Shown here piece by piece: positions 37,812 to 50,400 of a stretch of DNA of 64,000 nucleotides. Position 1 is the stretch's first letter; every line of letters starts with the position of its first letter. The stretch lies in assembly GCA_050575255.1 (NCBI GenBank), contig JBNZDD010013640.1, positions 2,282,834 through 2,346,833 of the forward strand. The letters run 5' to 3'. The translations under genes and the position numbers were made by a program. The stretch is from Harriotta raleighana (Eukaryota). The notes below the pieces were generated by a model. That model was given only the letters and a program-made list of their open reading frames with translations. It did not search any database and had not been told where the DNA came from.

Positions 37812-38137
37812 ATAATAATAATAATAAACATTGCATTTGATATAGCGCTTTTCATATCTTATCAATGTCTCAAAGTGTTTAACAGAATATACTGTAAAGT
37901 GAATTGATTGTATATTTGTGGGTGAAATCCTGCAGCCAATTGCGCCCAGTAGTGTCCCAAGTACAGACGTGGATTGAAAATGAACAATTTTTATTGTTGT
38001 GTTTTTTTGGGACGGTTTATTATTAGACATGTGGAATAAGGAAACTTGCCCAAGGTTTCACCCGGATCTGCCTGGATTCGAACACAGGTCTCACGATTGC
38101 AAGGCAAGTGCTCTAACCACTGGGCTACAGGAGCTCA
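37812..38137 (-). mobile_element. Young tRNA-headed SINE, full length
   Basis: Closely colinear with the 225-561 copy. Confidence 0.92.
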
Positions 38138-38471
38138 ACTCTCCATAACAAACCTTATCCTGACTGCAGACTGGTGCTTATACATTATTGTTGTAGTAGC
38201 ATGTTGGACATGTTTGTCAGACTGCCTCATTTGACAGCACTTTTGCTTGTTCATGTTTCCTGTGGGGATTCAAACTCTACATTGGGACATGGAATCACAT
38301 CATCTAAGCGGACACTCCAATGTATTGGTGGGTGTATGCTGTCTGATTAGAGGTGTCACTTACAGATGAGAAGTTAAACTGAGATCCCATCTGCTAGTTC
38401 AGGTGAAAATTAAAGATCCCACGGTATTATTTGAAAAGAGAATGGAGTTCTGGACAACCATCCCAAAAATT

Positions 38472-38787
38472 GAGTCCTGCAGCTCAGTGGTTAGAGCACT
38501 CACCTTACGTGCAACCTCTGTTCGAATCCAGGCAGGTCTGGGTGAAACCTTGCGCAAGTTTCCTTACTCCAGATGCCTGATAATAATCCCTTGAGAAAAA
38601 AAAAATTGGTCCTTTCAATCCACAACTGTTTGTGGGACACTGCTGTACACAATTGGCTGCCAGGTTTCGCCCACAAGTATACAGTCAATTCACTTCACAG
38701 TATATTCTGTGAAGCGCTTTGAGACGTCCAGAAGATGTGAAAAGCTCTACATCAAATGCAAGGATTGTTATTATTATTATTATTATT
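38472..38787 (+). mobile_element. Young tRNA-headed SINE, full length, nested in an older Deu-SINE
   Basis: gagtcctgcagctcagtggttagagcac...ttcgaatcc...aaatgcaaggattgttattattatt. Confidence 0.92.
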
Positions 38788-38857
38788 GAATAAAACTGGT
38801 ATTCACTACAATTCACTTCAATTATTGGTTATTCATATAAAATTGGTTACTCATTAA

Positions 38858-39592
38858 GCCAGTCAGGAACCTAGGGTTCTTGTTCGATCCTCAACTGTCT
38901 TTCCTCCCCCACATTCCAAGCAATGACTCACTCTGCCTTCCCTCACCTCCGCAATATTGCCCGACTCCACCATTACCTTACCCCCAAGGCTGCTGAAATC
39001 CTCATTCATGCGTTCATTACATCCCGCTCAACTACGCAAATGTCCGCCTTGTCAGCCTTCCCAATTCCTCCCTCCAGAACTCTGCAGCCCATGTTTTTCA
39101 CTGCTCCAAGGCTTCGCGACCCCATCTCCCCCATTCTCTCGCAATTCTATTGGCTCCCCATCACCCAGAGGATCCAATTCTAGATCCCGGTCCTCACATT
39201 CAAAGCCCTCCATGACCGTGCCCCACCCTATATCTGCAACCTCCTAAGCCCCCACCAATCTGCCCGACCCCTCTGCTCAGCAGTTTCTGGCATGCTCCAC
39301 ATCCCCCAACCCACCCTACCACGTTTGGCCACTGCCACTGCCCCCAACCTCAGGAACTCCATCCCGCAGTGCCTATGCCTCACCCTCTCCCCGGCCTCCT
39401 TCAAGTCTCGCCTCAAGACCATCCTCTTTGGAAGTCCCATCAGTCACCCCAAATACCCTTCTTTCTTTCCCTTCACCCTCCCCAACCCCGACCCCAGCTC
39501 AATTCTGAAACAATAACTGTCCAGCATCCTGGGATGTCCTTCTGACATGAAAGGTGTAATACAAGTGTAATTTTGTGGTGATTATTGTTGTT
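38858..39592 (+). mobile_element. L2 LINE 3' approx. 730 bp (end of ORF2 plus tail)
   Basis: VRNLGFLFDPQLSF, HSAFPHLRNIARLHHYLTPKAAEILIHAFITSR, ISPILSQFYWLPITQRIQF, SPASFKSRLKTILF; frameshifted; tail gaaaggtgtaatacaagtgtaatttt. Confidence 0.9.
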
Positions 39593-42584
39593 CGTGGTTG
39601 TTTGTGGGACAATACTGTGTGCAAATTGGCTGCTGTATTCAACCACAAATTACATATAGGCACTTAATTTTATAATATTTCCCATGTGATGCTTTAAAAT
39701 GTTTCAAAAATTCGATAAATCAAGGTATGTTATTATTATTATAGTCAGTATTATCACTTAACATATTCCCACTATTTAAATGCTAACCTCCAAAGCACAA
39801 TGTTTTAATTAATATGTGTACAACAAAAAGCTGTGATATATTGGAATATTACTGCACCAAAACAAGCCAGTCAGTCCAACATCTCTGCGCTTGATACTTT
39901 TCTTCTCATTAGTCAACTAATCTAAGCCCATTAACTCCTAGTCAATCTGCACACATTTAAATAATAGCAGGTTTGTGTGATTTAATTTCGAAATACATTT
40001 GAAGGAAACAGAATCAAATTATTTCCTGCAAATATGTTTGTTGTTGTGTCATTGGCATTACAGTGAGATTCATGCTGGAAGTCAGTTTAGATTTATTGGA
40101 GCTATTGAGGCTTCCATACTGTCCAAAAAGAGTCTCATATCTTGGTGTTGTTCTGTTCCCCATGAATACTCTACAGCAGGATTGCCCAGTTTATCACTAT
40201 TGCCATAACCAATTGGATCATTCAGGTGCACTCAAAATATACATTATTGGATGTTGTGAGCATAACATGACCTCCATTATTTTAACACAGTGTATATTAT
40301 CTTTGATGTGTCTAGCAACCATGAACAGGTTTTTATACAAAACTGTCAAAATGATTGTAAATGATTGTAGTCAAGTTTGCAAAATTGAAACTGAATATAA
40401 TTTGGAACCACTTTTGTTGGGCAACTCTATTCACCCGGAAGCAATATTTTATCCACCACCAAATGTTCTCTTGCCTCCACTTCTTCAAAGGTCAGTGGGA
40501 TTTGGAGTGTTTTATGAGTTCTTCTTAACATAACGTTACGTTTTACTATCTGCATTGTCACTTTCAAGAAATGTATTGGTCAAATTAGTTTTTACAATGG
40601 CTCTTTATTAATGGTTGTGAGGATTGAGTTGTCTGGAAGGCCACGTAACTCATGAACAACATTGTAAATTCAGTTGGAACCTGAATACAGACACAGAATG
40701 CTCTTGTCCGAAGTGTTTCTGCCAAGCCTGAAATCTGTGTGACGTGAGATGTTCCAATAAAACTGGTTAAACTAATGCCTACATGAAGTACCATTAAATA
40801 TCATTTACAGTGAAAATGTGCTTGATTTTATTGTGTGGGAGGTTCGCATTGTGAATACTCTTTGGTATTACTCTGCTCTCACAGGTTCAAAATCCCGGTG
40901 GAGCTTTTCCATGGTGCTATCAGTGTGTACATGACATTGTTTAGAAAACGACATTATCTGCCTACTTGACGACTCTTAGGGGAGTTATCATACTCTGTGG
41001 GCTCCAAATAGGGAGTACATTGATGTGGGCCTTGATGTGGCATGCGCCTGTCTGGGAAGCTTTGTGAATTGTGCTAGAGTGCCTTAGAAATAGTTATACG
41101 CTACCTGGAGCGTTTGGAGTAGAATTTTATTCCCCAAACACATCCCTGCACACTTGATTCCAGATCAATGCATACCTCATCCAGGCAAGCATACAAATGC
41201 AATGTACCAAATCATTTCCCATTCACTCCCCGTTACACAGAATTCCTGTTCTAGCAAGAAAACAATGAAACGCATAATCCTGATCCAAGCATAACAATCC
41301 TCAGTTATTCAACATTTCAATGCTGTCAATCCATTGCACGATTTATGGACAATAGCACATGCTACACAGCTGTTGTTACCAGTGAAAAAGTCTTATGAAA
41401 GGTTACTTTGTGATGAGCAGTACAGTTATGCAACATGGTGATCTCCAACACACTGATTATCACAGTTCAGGTAAGGCAGCACTATGGTATTAATAGAAGG
41501 AAGACTTCTTGATGGCTCTCGCAGTTCTACACTGTGCTCTCAGTAGTAGACTTAGAAACTAGTTGCGACCCCATAGAGATAGGACAATTGGGAGGCCCAG
41601 TTAACCCATACCCTGGGTTAATTTTGAGCTCCCCCAGCAAATGGTTGCAGAGAAACACTGCCAGAACCTAGAGAGTAAGTTGCCTGGTCAGAATATGACA
41701 AGAGCCTAGGATGGGTAAACATAAAAACATGAAACAAATTTAGAGGTTCATGTTCATCCAGTATCTTACTCTTGCATTTTTCTCTGTGTAGCTGATGTAC
41801 ATGTCTTGGTGCTAATGTGTACATTTAGGTGCAAATTGAGCTCTCCTTCAAATACCACTCTATCTGGTTGATAATTATGCTTCCAACTAAGGAAAATCAC
41901 TTGAATTAGGACCAAAGACATTTATCACAAGCGCTTGGAGTGTCAGTGCATTTCGTGACTGACTCTATCACAATTTTGGGTTGAATGACTGTGAGTAGAG
42001 CAGTCCCAGAGATATAGTGAAGGTTGTTTTGAGAAAAATGAACTGGTAGTTTGAGAGCTCGTGAAAGGATTCTTCTGAGTCCTTCTGTGATCTCTCCGTA
42101 GGTGGCAGTGAACTGCCTAAGGAGTGAACACTGTATAAATATAAGAACCTTGAAGTCATTCAGCACAGTTAATAATAATCTGAGTTGATAGTTTCTAAAA
42201 GAGCTGCTCCATTTAATCCCATTTCAATATCCTTTCCTCAGACACTTCAACATTCGTCAACTGACCTCACCCACTAATTTGTACAAGTTCAACTTGTTCA
42301 AGTATCGCTGTGTTCTTGTACTTTAGATTCCCATTTAAAAAAACCTAGGATCTTATTAACTGTTTGGCAACTTAGTCAACTTGCCTGACTCTCCTAAAGT
42401 TCTTGCAAAATACCCATTCATCTTCCCTTTACAGTGTTTTGCCTAAACCCTCTGGGATGGCACTAATGTAAATACAAATTGTTGTTGCCTCAAGAATCCT
42501 TCCTAACAACCAGTTCCACCAATCGTTTGACGCATCCAGCTACTACAGTGTGATTCTTCTACGCAGTAATGACACCCAGAGAGG

Positions 42585-43108
42585 TAAATGGGGCCTCTCT
42601 GGAGCTGAACTGGCTCCAAGGTGACATGCTAAGCAAAGGAATGTCAGAATCGAGCCAACTCTCTGTCGTGGCCTCGACTATCCAGTCCTGAGCCAGGCAG
42701 TTCCACAGCACTCCAGGGCACTGCTAACCAGAATGGATAGGGTGGTCCTGGCTGGACAAACAGCAGGAAGCTTACCAGTCTCTTAAATGCCAAACTATGC
42801 TATGCTTGGCATTTAGAAGACTGGCAAGCTTCTTGCTGTTTGTCCACCTGCTTCAATTCCAACAACCACAACACACACTATGGAGTCTCCAGGCCATGGC
42901 TTTTGCTAGTCTACACCTATTACTCTCCGGAATTAGGAAATCAGAGTGCACCCCTCTAGGGAGAGAGTGCGCATTTCATTCCAGATACAGGAAAAAATCA
43001 GTGTGTGAGTTGTATACACACGTGGAACTGTCTGGTTTGGATATTCTTAAGCATGATGATGGGTTTTCATATGTGTCAGGCAACTGGCTAACTCCTCAAA
43101 AAAAAACT
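42585..43108 (+). repeat. Unclassified dispersed repeat (family X), longest copy, containing a fold-back hairpin
   Basis: Shares its 5' part with 20030-20445 and its 3' part with 24525-24680 and 58120-58250; ends ctcctcaaaaaaaaa. Confidence 0.65.
42753..42846. repeat. Inverted repeat / hairpin: 41-bp arms, 12-nt loop
   Basis: Arm 42753-42793 matches the reverse complement of 42806-42846 at 37/41. Confidence 0.92.
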
Positions 43109-44734
43109 ACGGACATTGTTAACTACTTATTAAGAGAGCATTTATTGCTTTGCACTGGCTTCTTCAGTCTGGTTACTTAAATCATCCCAAGTTTGGCCAA
43201 CATGGGACAGCTCTGTGGAAAATTGGAACTGATCCCATATTTGGCAATTGTTGGATTTATTGCTTGATTTCTTTTTTAAATGAATTAACAACTACAGGAG
43301 TATCTTTCTATCCATAGTACTCAAACAGTAGGCAATTCGGATTCCTGAAGCATGTTATGTATTCCAAGGGTTTCCATTTTTGGGTTGTAAGAAAAAAAAG
43401 AAAAAAAAAATGTTGTCCTACACTGCTTATAAATCAAAACCGTTCCAAACACTTTGCAAGGAATGTTTTCCAAATGAGTGATCATTTTAGGTAAATTGCA
43501 TGTCATTTATTTGAGGAAATCTAACTGAATGTGCCATATAGTGGTCCATTTGTCACTTTTAAATATTATATTTGCACATTAATTACATTTAAATGTCTGA
43601 AGTAAATAAAGGTATCATTTATCTCTGGTCCTTTTTTTAGTTTGCTAAAAAAAAATTCTCTAAGGAGGAGGGGAAAAAATGCTTCGACTCTTGCCAACCT
43701 ATGCCTAACCCTCTCCGGATTTAGGTAAGCTGTATACATCCCTCTGGGGAGAGAATGTACATTCCAATCCAACACATGAGACTTCGCATGTGTAGATGGG
43801 GTGTGTGGAACTTACAGTTTGGTTTGGATGCTCTTTAGCATGGTGGTGGGTGTCCCCGTGTGTCAAGACACTCAGCTGACAAAATTCAAACCCACAAAGG
43901 GGTAGAATTTGTTGTCTCTTAATGCAATGCATTGTGTTAAGCATCGCACAAAACACTATTTGTGTAGGGGGGTCAGGTGGAGGGCAGGGGGGGGAAAACA
44001 GTTAAGAATGTAAAATGCTATCTTAAGAGTACATTGATCAGAATGAACAACAAGCTGCTGAAAAAAACTGACTGTTCCTTTGGACTTTACATTTTCTGTT
44101 ACAATAACCCTGGGTAACCCTTCAAATGCTTGTTATAACAGTGTTGTGCCAGCTGTATTCAGTTCCTGTTTATTCAGCGGGGTAAGGGTTAAATTAAATA
44201 ATATATAAGTGGAAGTCAAATAAATCAGTTCCCTTTCTCACAAACTACTCCCCAGCTGATATTTAATTTTGTGACACAGAGAATAACTGCACGTGATCTC
44301 GTGGTGCTTGGAATTTTCACTCTGGAACCTCAGTGAGCGAGTCTTTTATGAAGTACTCAGTTGCTATGAATTGTTTCTGTCTCGGGGATAATATCTATGG
44401 GATGTTCGCACGCTTGGAGTTTCTAAAGATAAAAACACAGCAACTATTTTTCAGTGAATTGTTAATGCCTCTTAACCCCAAGAAACTGCCATGTATTGCT
44501 TAATGGAACAACTCTGATGGTTGAACCTAGGCTGTAGACTAGGGAAGTTTATTGCTAAGGGAATGGTTTTGTGTTGGGAAACTCCTTAGTTCTAATACAG
44601 TTGGTGTTTCATGAAATCATTCAAATTGTTTTATTATGAGGTTGCTGATTAATTTAATTTTGTCTAGCAGTAGAAAGACTGTTGTTCTTTCAGACTTTAA
44701 TATAGAGCTGCTATCTCTACATTTTCTAGTTCAA

Positions 44735-45105
44735 ATCTATTCATTGCTTGGCACCTCCCGACCTCTCTGACCTCCTCACTCCCCAAAATACTATCTGGCG
44801 CCTCCGCTCAACTGGTCCCTGCCTCCTGCTTCTCCCTCTCACCGTCAACCTGACCATCAGAGATTGTGCTTTCAGCCACGACAGCCCAGAACTCTGGAAT
44901 ACTCTCCCTCAATCTCTCCGCCTTGCCTCCTCTGTCCCCTTTTTCAAGGCCCATCTGTAATCCTTCCACTTCGACTATGCTTATGGCCACCGCATCTGCC
45001 CAATTCCCCCAGGCTTGGAGTTTGGAGTCAGGCTCTGCCACTGTTAAGCACTCTGAGATGTTACCCAGCATGGAGGGTGCTATGTAAGTGTAAGTTGTTG
45101 TTGTA
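44735..45105 (+). mobile_element. L2 LINE 3' end
   Basis: APPDLSDLLTP..RLRS..RDCAFSHDSPELWNTLPQSLRLASSVPFFKAHL*; tail ggtgctatgtaagtgtaagttgttgttg. Confidence 0.88.
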
Positions 45106-45359
45106 TCTGAATTCCATATTACATCTTTTTAAAAATCACTCAGAAGGTTAAAATTCAACATCTGGGCATTGTCAGCTCTGAATTGGCTGCTGAGAGAAAC
45201 GAGTCTCCAGATTTCAGAGAAGTATTCAGTTAGACGAAGCAAAGAGAAAAAGTACTTCACATTTTGTCTTTGTAACAAATTTCATGGTATGTGATACCAA
45301 CCACCGGTAAAAGGTATCACATTACACATCATTAATGTGTCTTAATTATCCCCAGAATG

Positions 45360-45725
45360 ACAACATCAACAAATTACATTTATACAGCGCCTTTCACGTC
45401 AAGAGTTCGTCCAATGGTGCTGCACAGTTAGGGATCCACACCCAAGCTGGTGGTGGGGACTGATGTGAGGGCGGTGGATGGGGAGGAGGCGGGGAAGGTA
45501 GAGGTGGGAGAGTGATGCTTGAAGATAAGGGTCTTGAGATAGGTCTTGAAGGAGGCTAGAGAGGGTGCGGATGGAAGGACTTTGGGATCGAGTTCTAGAG
45601 GCTGGTGGGGTTGGTAAGATGGGGGACATGAAGGAGGCTAGAGCCTGATGAGCGAAGAGAGTGGGCATGTTGGTAGGGGTTTAGGAGGTCACAGAGAGAG
45701 GGAGGAGCAAGGCCTTGGAGGATGT
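45360..45725 (-). mobile_element. L2 LINE 3' end, tail-to-tail with the previous copy
   Basis: caacatcaacaaattacatttatacagcgcctttcacgtc (reverse tail) and gggtcttgagataggtcttgaaggagg. Confidence 0.8.
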
Positions 45726-48044
45726 TGATTATCCATGGAATGACCACTGTACATACCATTGACCATCTTCACTGCGAATAGACTGGTTGCAGAGGGTAAG
45801 AGAAAGCTTATATATAGGAGAAGCCAGGATTCTGTTTAACAAAATGTTTCTAATAGAGGTGAACCTCATTTAACCACAAGAAACACTAAATCAATTTATC
45901 AGAAAGTTTCAGAAGTTGGGTTTCCATTTGATGTCTGTGCTTTTGGTATTAAAGAGGGTTTTATTTAATATCCATCAGTATTTAAAAGACCTAAGGCAAT
46001 TTAAAGTGCATCTTAACATTTTATTTGTAGTTCAGCATTTTGGGGAAATAAATTCTTTAGCCTAAGATTAATTTTGGAGGTTCAGGATGAGAAATAAATT
46101 CCTGTCATTGCTGCAAAGACTCACATAGTAAAATATTATTCCCATCTCTCCCATCTTCCACAGCTTTCATTAAGTAAGTAAGCGCCCTGTTGTAAGTTGA
46201 TTGAATTCTTTGCTCTTTTTCCATACATTTTTGAATTTGCACTCTACAGAGTTTTAACTGTACTGCATTAATATCCAAGTCAAGTTATTTAGGATGATGA
46301 GTGGTAACTGTGCACTGGAGCACACAAAAGTTTAGTTCCAAAGTAACGCTTGCTTATCCACTCAAGTGTCTATTGTGCAATAATCTATCCTTACTATACT
46401 TTGGGACACTTTGGGACAGAATTTGAAATATTTACAGCTTGCAAATAGTTTGATACACAGTCGTCTGTGGTGGACCAATAACATGGCAAGAATTTTTGGA
46501 TATAACTTCGCCTTCCAGATTTGATTCTGCGCAATGCAGAGAAGCAAAACATGCCAAGGAGCATTCGAGTTTCTGTTCAACAACTTTGCGATGTACTGAA
46601 TTCAACACCAGTACCTACACTAGCCTTTCATCTCTCTGACATGCCTAACCTAATCCTCACAGAGGGTTCACTGCTATATTTCTTCAGCTTTCCTGACACG
46701 ACATTCCTCTCATAGAAGTATACAGGACAATTCTTCTCAGTAAAATGGTTTTAATGAGATTTCAAAAGCTCAGGGATGAGTATAAATCCAGATGTGAAAT
46801 CTGGGCTTATCCAAACATATGCAGCTTGGTAGATCTGGCACCACACCAAGTTTGGTTGGGATCAGAGCTGGATGAACCATTTGATTTTTTTTTGAAGAGG
46901 TGAGTCACTGCCACTGGGGAATGCAGAAAGCTGCAGTGACTTGGAATTAATGGGAGAATCCACCCCCTCCCAAAGGCACCAAATTCTCCTGAGCTTCACT
47001 GGGACAGAGAACAATTCTGTCCTGCTTAAAGAAGGGAAGCTTGCAGGCAATAAGGAGGAAAAGATTGACACAGATCCATCATGTCATTGAAGCATATCAT
47101 TTCTGCCACTAGCCTCAGGAAACACTTATTTTAATCAGCCAAGCAGCAATCAAGAGAAGCAACATAAGTGAAGCCCCAAACAAATGATTATTATATATTT
47201 TTGTCCTTTTGAAGTTTTCATTTGCAACTATTTCTTAATTGATTGCCTCCATTTGAGTGATTTGGGAACTTGCTTTTTAGAAACTGCAGACATAAGTCTC
47301 AATGGAAACACCACAGAGTCAGGAAAAACATTACACGCTTTGTGTGCATTGGCAAGCTGCTCGCTTTAGTATTTTTACTGCTCTGTTTGTGAATGGGGTT
47401 TCGTTCTCTTTGCCAGTATGTTCTGCACAGACAAGTGAAACTCCATACTCATTTTTAAAACAAACACCATTCTTAGATGGAAATACTCTGGTCAGTTAGT
47501 TCCCATTTGGCCAACTCATAAGACACTGGTGTGATCATATATTCCTTCATGCTTGCCACCATGTGTACATGCTCAGACATATCTGTTTATGCCTGCACAA
47601 GTAAATTCAGCCAGATACCATTCACAAGGATGGACTACTAACCACAGGTTAATTGGAAACTATTTGGCCCATCTGCAAAATGCCACATATAGAATCCTCA
47701 CACAATAACCCACGTCACAGTCTGCAGTATCTATTTTAGAGCTGCCCTTTGGGCTTCCTCTGTTCTGAATAAAATGACTTATCAGAAAAGCCTGGAGTTC
47801 TATCAGTGAACTCAAGCAAACGGATCATGTGCAGCAGGCCAGAAAGTTGAAGTGTCTGTCTTACATAAACACTTCACTCACAGTGCCAATCTGACAAAGC
47901 CATCTATCAGAATCGGAGGAAAGGCAATCGCAATACTCGGGATAAATAATAAGATGAACTGTGAAAGTTGGAATAAACTACACGCAAATGGATTCCAGCA
48001 TCACTGAAGAATCGTTCACACTATTTTTTAAATTTATATTTATT

Positions 48045-48145
48045 TATATATTATATTTATATAGCGCCTTTCACGTCAGGAGGACGTCCCAAGACGCTGT
48101 ACAGTCAAGTGGGGGGAGGGGTCGGGGGAAGAAAAGCAGGAAAAT
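48045..48145 (-). mobile_element. Short L2-type 3' end
   Basis: tttatatagcgcctttcacgtcaggaggacgtcccaagacgctgtacagtc. Confidence 0.75.
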
Positions 48146-48419
48146 ACTGACTGTATATTTGTGGGCGAAATGATGGGATATTGGGAAAGAGTTGGTAAGT
48201 GGGATTAATAAAAAAGAGAAACTTGGAAAAACAGATACAATGGGCCCAATCCTGTGCCGAATACTTCTATGGGGTAACATTTGCGGCATTTTATAATGTG
48301 TTCTGTGTGTTTTACACACAGACTTTTACCCCTATGTTTCTAGGTAACTATATAAACTGGGAAGAACTGTGTCTGGAATTTGTCTGCTGATAGACAACAT
48401 ATTGACAAAACTGCATCAG

Positions 48420-48655
48420 CAATTCATAGATTCATAGAAGTTTACGGCACAAAAGGAGGCCATTCGGCCCATCTAGTCTGTGCCGGCTCTTTGAAAAGAG
48501 CGATTTAATCCCACTGCCCTGCTCGCTCCCCATAGCCTAATAGACCTGTTCTCCCTAAATAAAGATCTAATTCCCTTTTAAAAGTTGTTATCGAATCAGC
48601 CTCCACCACCTTTTCAGGCAATGCATTCCAGATTCGAACAACTCGCTGAGTGAAT
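48420..48655 (-). mobile_element. CR1 3' end, well preserved
   Basis: (ttcataga)n reverse 8-mer tail, aggaggccattcggcccatctagtctgtgccggctc, and cctccaccaccttttcaggcaatgcattccaga. Confidence 0.85.
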
Positions 48656-49044
48656 GTCTACATTTAATATAAAAAGGCCATTTGTCTCACTGGGTAAAGA
48701 ATGAAAAACATCACGTAAGAAGGAACAAGCTCTTTGTAAAGTGGAAACAGGCTTATTTAGCATTTGGGGAAATTCAAAAGGTTTAAGATAAAAGATATGA
48801 GCAGCAGTGTGAGATGCTCAATATTTCTACTAAGTTGACCAAATGACAGACAAAATAAGTAAGTCTCCAAAGGAGTAATATTGGAGGTCACAATGCTTCA
48901 TTATGTGTCGAGTGAAAGTGAAGTGTAAGTGAAAACACCAAATTTATTTCAGCTGGGAACTTTGAAGTACAACTCTACTGGGCATAATATCTGATACTAG
49001 GTTGTATAGCTAATACTAGCAATTATATCTAATACAAGATATTT

Positions 49045-49363
49045 GCCCGTCGGACGAGACATTAAACCAAAGTCCCATCTATCCAAGTGGATGTTAAAGA
49101 CCCCATGACACTAATTCAAAAAGAGAAGGGAGTTTCTTCCGATGACCTGATCCTCTCATAAAATTGCTCATTCACTTGATTGCTGTGTGCATATTGGCTA
49201 CCACGTTCACTTACAAAACACATAGTCGCACGACTTTAGAGGACATCCAGTGAGACTTTTTAAGACTTCTTGATGATACTTGATAAAGCACAATATCAAA
49301 CGCAAAAAATATTTTTATATTCCCTACTGGATGTTATGTCTAATAGTGAGCATTACATTCTGT
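49045..49363 (+). mobile_element. Deu-domain SINE plus about 45 bp of 3' flank shared with the 52110-52371 copy
   Basis: ggacgagacattaaacc...ggatgttaaagaccccatgacact...; the flank ctggatgttatgtctaatagtgagcattacattctg recurs at approx. 52331-52370. Confidence 0.75.
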
Positions 49364-50164
49364 ACATTTATTGACCTAGACAAAATAAGGTTCTCTGCTG
49401 GCTGGCAATTTAATGAGAACACTGGTCACAATATTCATTTCATAGTATCACTTCAGGAAATAAAAAATAGAGGGATGAAAAGTCGTTCCAAATTCCCTTC
49501 CTCCATCCTTCCTTGTGGGAACGCATCCCACAGAATTTCCATGTGTGAGGGCTGTGATTGGGAACTCACTGAGGCGAGGATAGCAGCGATGAACTTGTAT
49601 CTTACTAGTGTTCCACATAAAACACTGGAATTCCAAGTCACAATCATTGTGACAACCCTATTACAATATCAGTGTGCAAAGGCTGTCCTACAGGCACTTT
49701 TTGGTGATACAAAGGTGCGATTGTAGCATTTAATCGATTCAAATATAATTTAACTGAAATGAATGAAATCCCAAAGTGATTTCAAACCGAACTAAAATAT
49801 GTATTTTTATAAGAAATGAATATCAACGAGAAAACTCATTAGCAAATGTATCCTGAACAGTCTGGCTGGACTGATACAATCAGATAACATGATTATAGTT
49901 TGAAAACTAACAGCAGAGATTTTTTTTCAAATCAAAAATATTTAAAGGAGTAGATGACAGATTATCTAACTGGATTGAAAATTTGTTTTATATAGGGAGG
50001 GGTGATAAATGCTAATAACCAGTAGGGTTCTGCTGAAGTCTTTGCTCGGTCCCTTGCCATTCTCGCTATTTGTGAATGATGTGGAGCAGGGCACCTATTC
50101 CAGTAATATAACATTTTCTGATAACACAAAGCGGTGTGAACAGCCAACAAATGGAAAAAGCGAT

Positions 50165-50400
50165 TGATCATATTCAGGGGAATGTGAAACGATTAGATGG
50201 ATGGGCTGAGAAATGGCAGATGGATTTTAACGTGGACAAATGCAAGGTAACTCATTTAGGAAAAGGAAACAGTAAGCATATGTATCCCAATGAAAATGGT
50301 ATCCATTAGCAATGGTATCCATTAGAGTCAGGAAAGGACTTGAGGGTGGTAATCAATCATGCGCTGAAAATACCTCATCACTGTGAAGAACGTGCAAACA
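50165..50400 (+). mobile_element. CR1 reverse-transcriptase C-terminal fragment
   Basis: Plus strand encodes IQGNVKRLDGWAEKWQMDFNVDKCKVTHLG and ERT.LRVVI, the CR1 W..W.M.FN..KC motif. Confidence 0.85.

Larger units (their letters stand above)
38335..39742 (+). mobile_element. Old Deu-domain SINE split by two later insertions (5' part approx. 38335-38470, 3' part approx. 39593-39742)
   Basis: cagatgagaagttaaactgagatcccatctgc...ttaaagatcccacggtattatttgaaaagag resumes after the inserts as gttgtttgtgggacaatactgtgtgcaaattggctgctg...tattattatt. Confidence 0.7.

Noticed and set aside
40063-40533. 156-aa plus-strand ORF (also 49280-49726 and 62528-62974)
   Set aside because: No recognisable domain, composition typical of random AT-rich or SINE-derived sequence, and antisense within HDAC9 introns.
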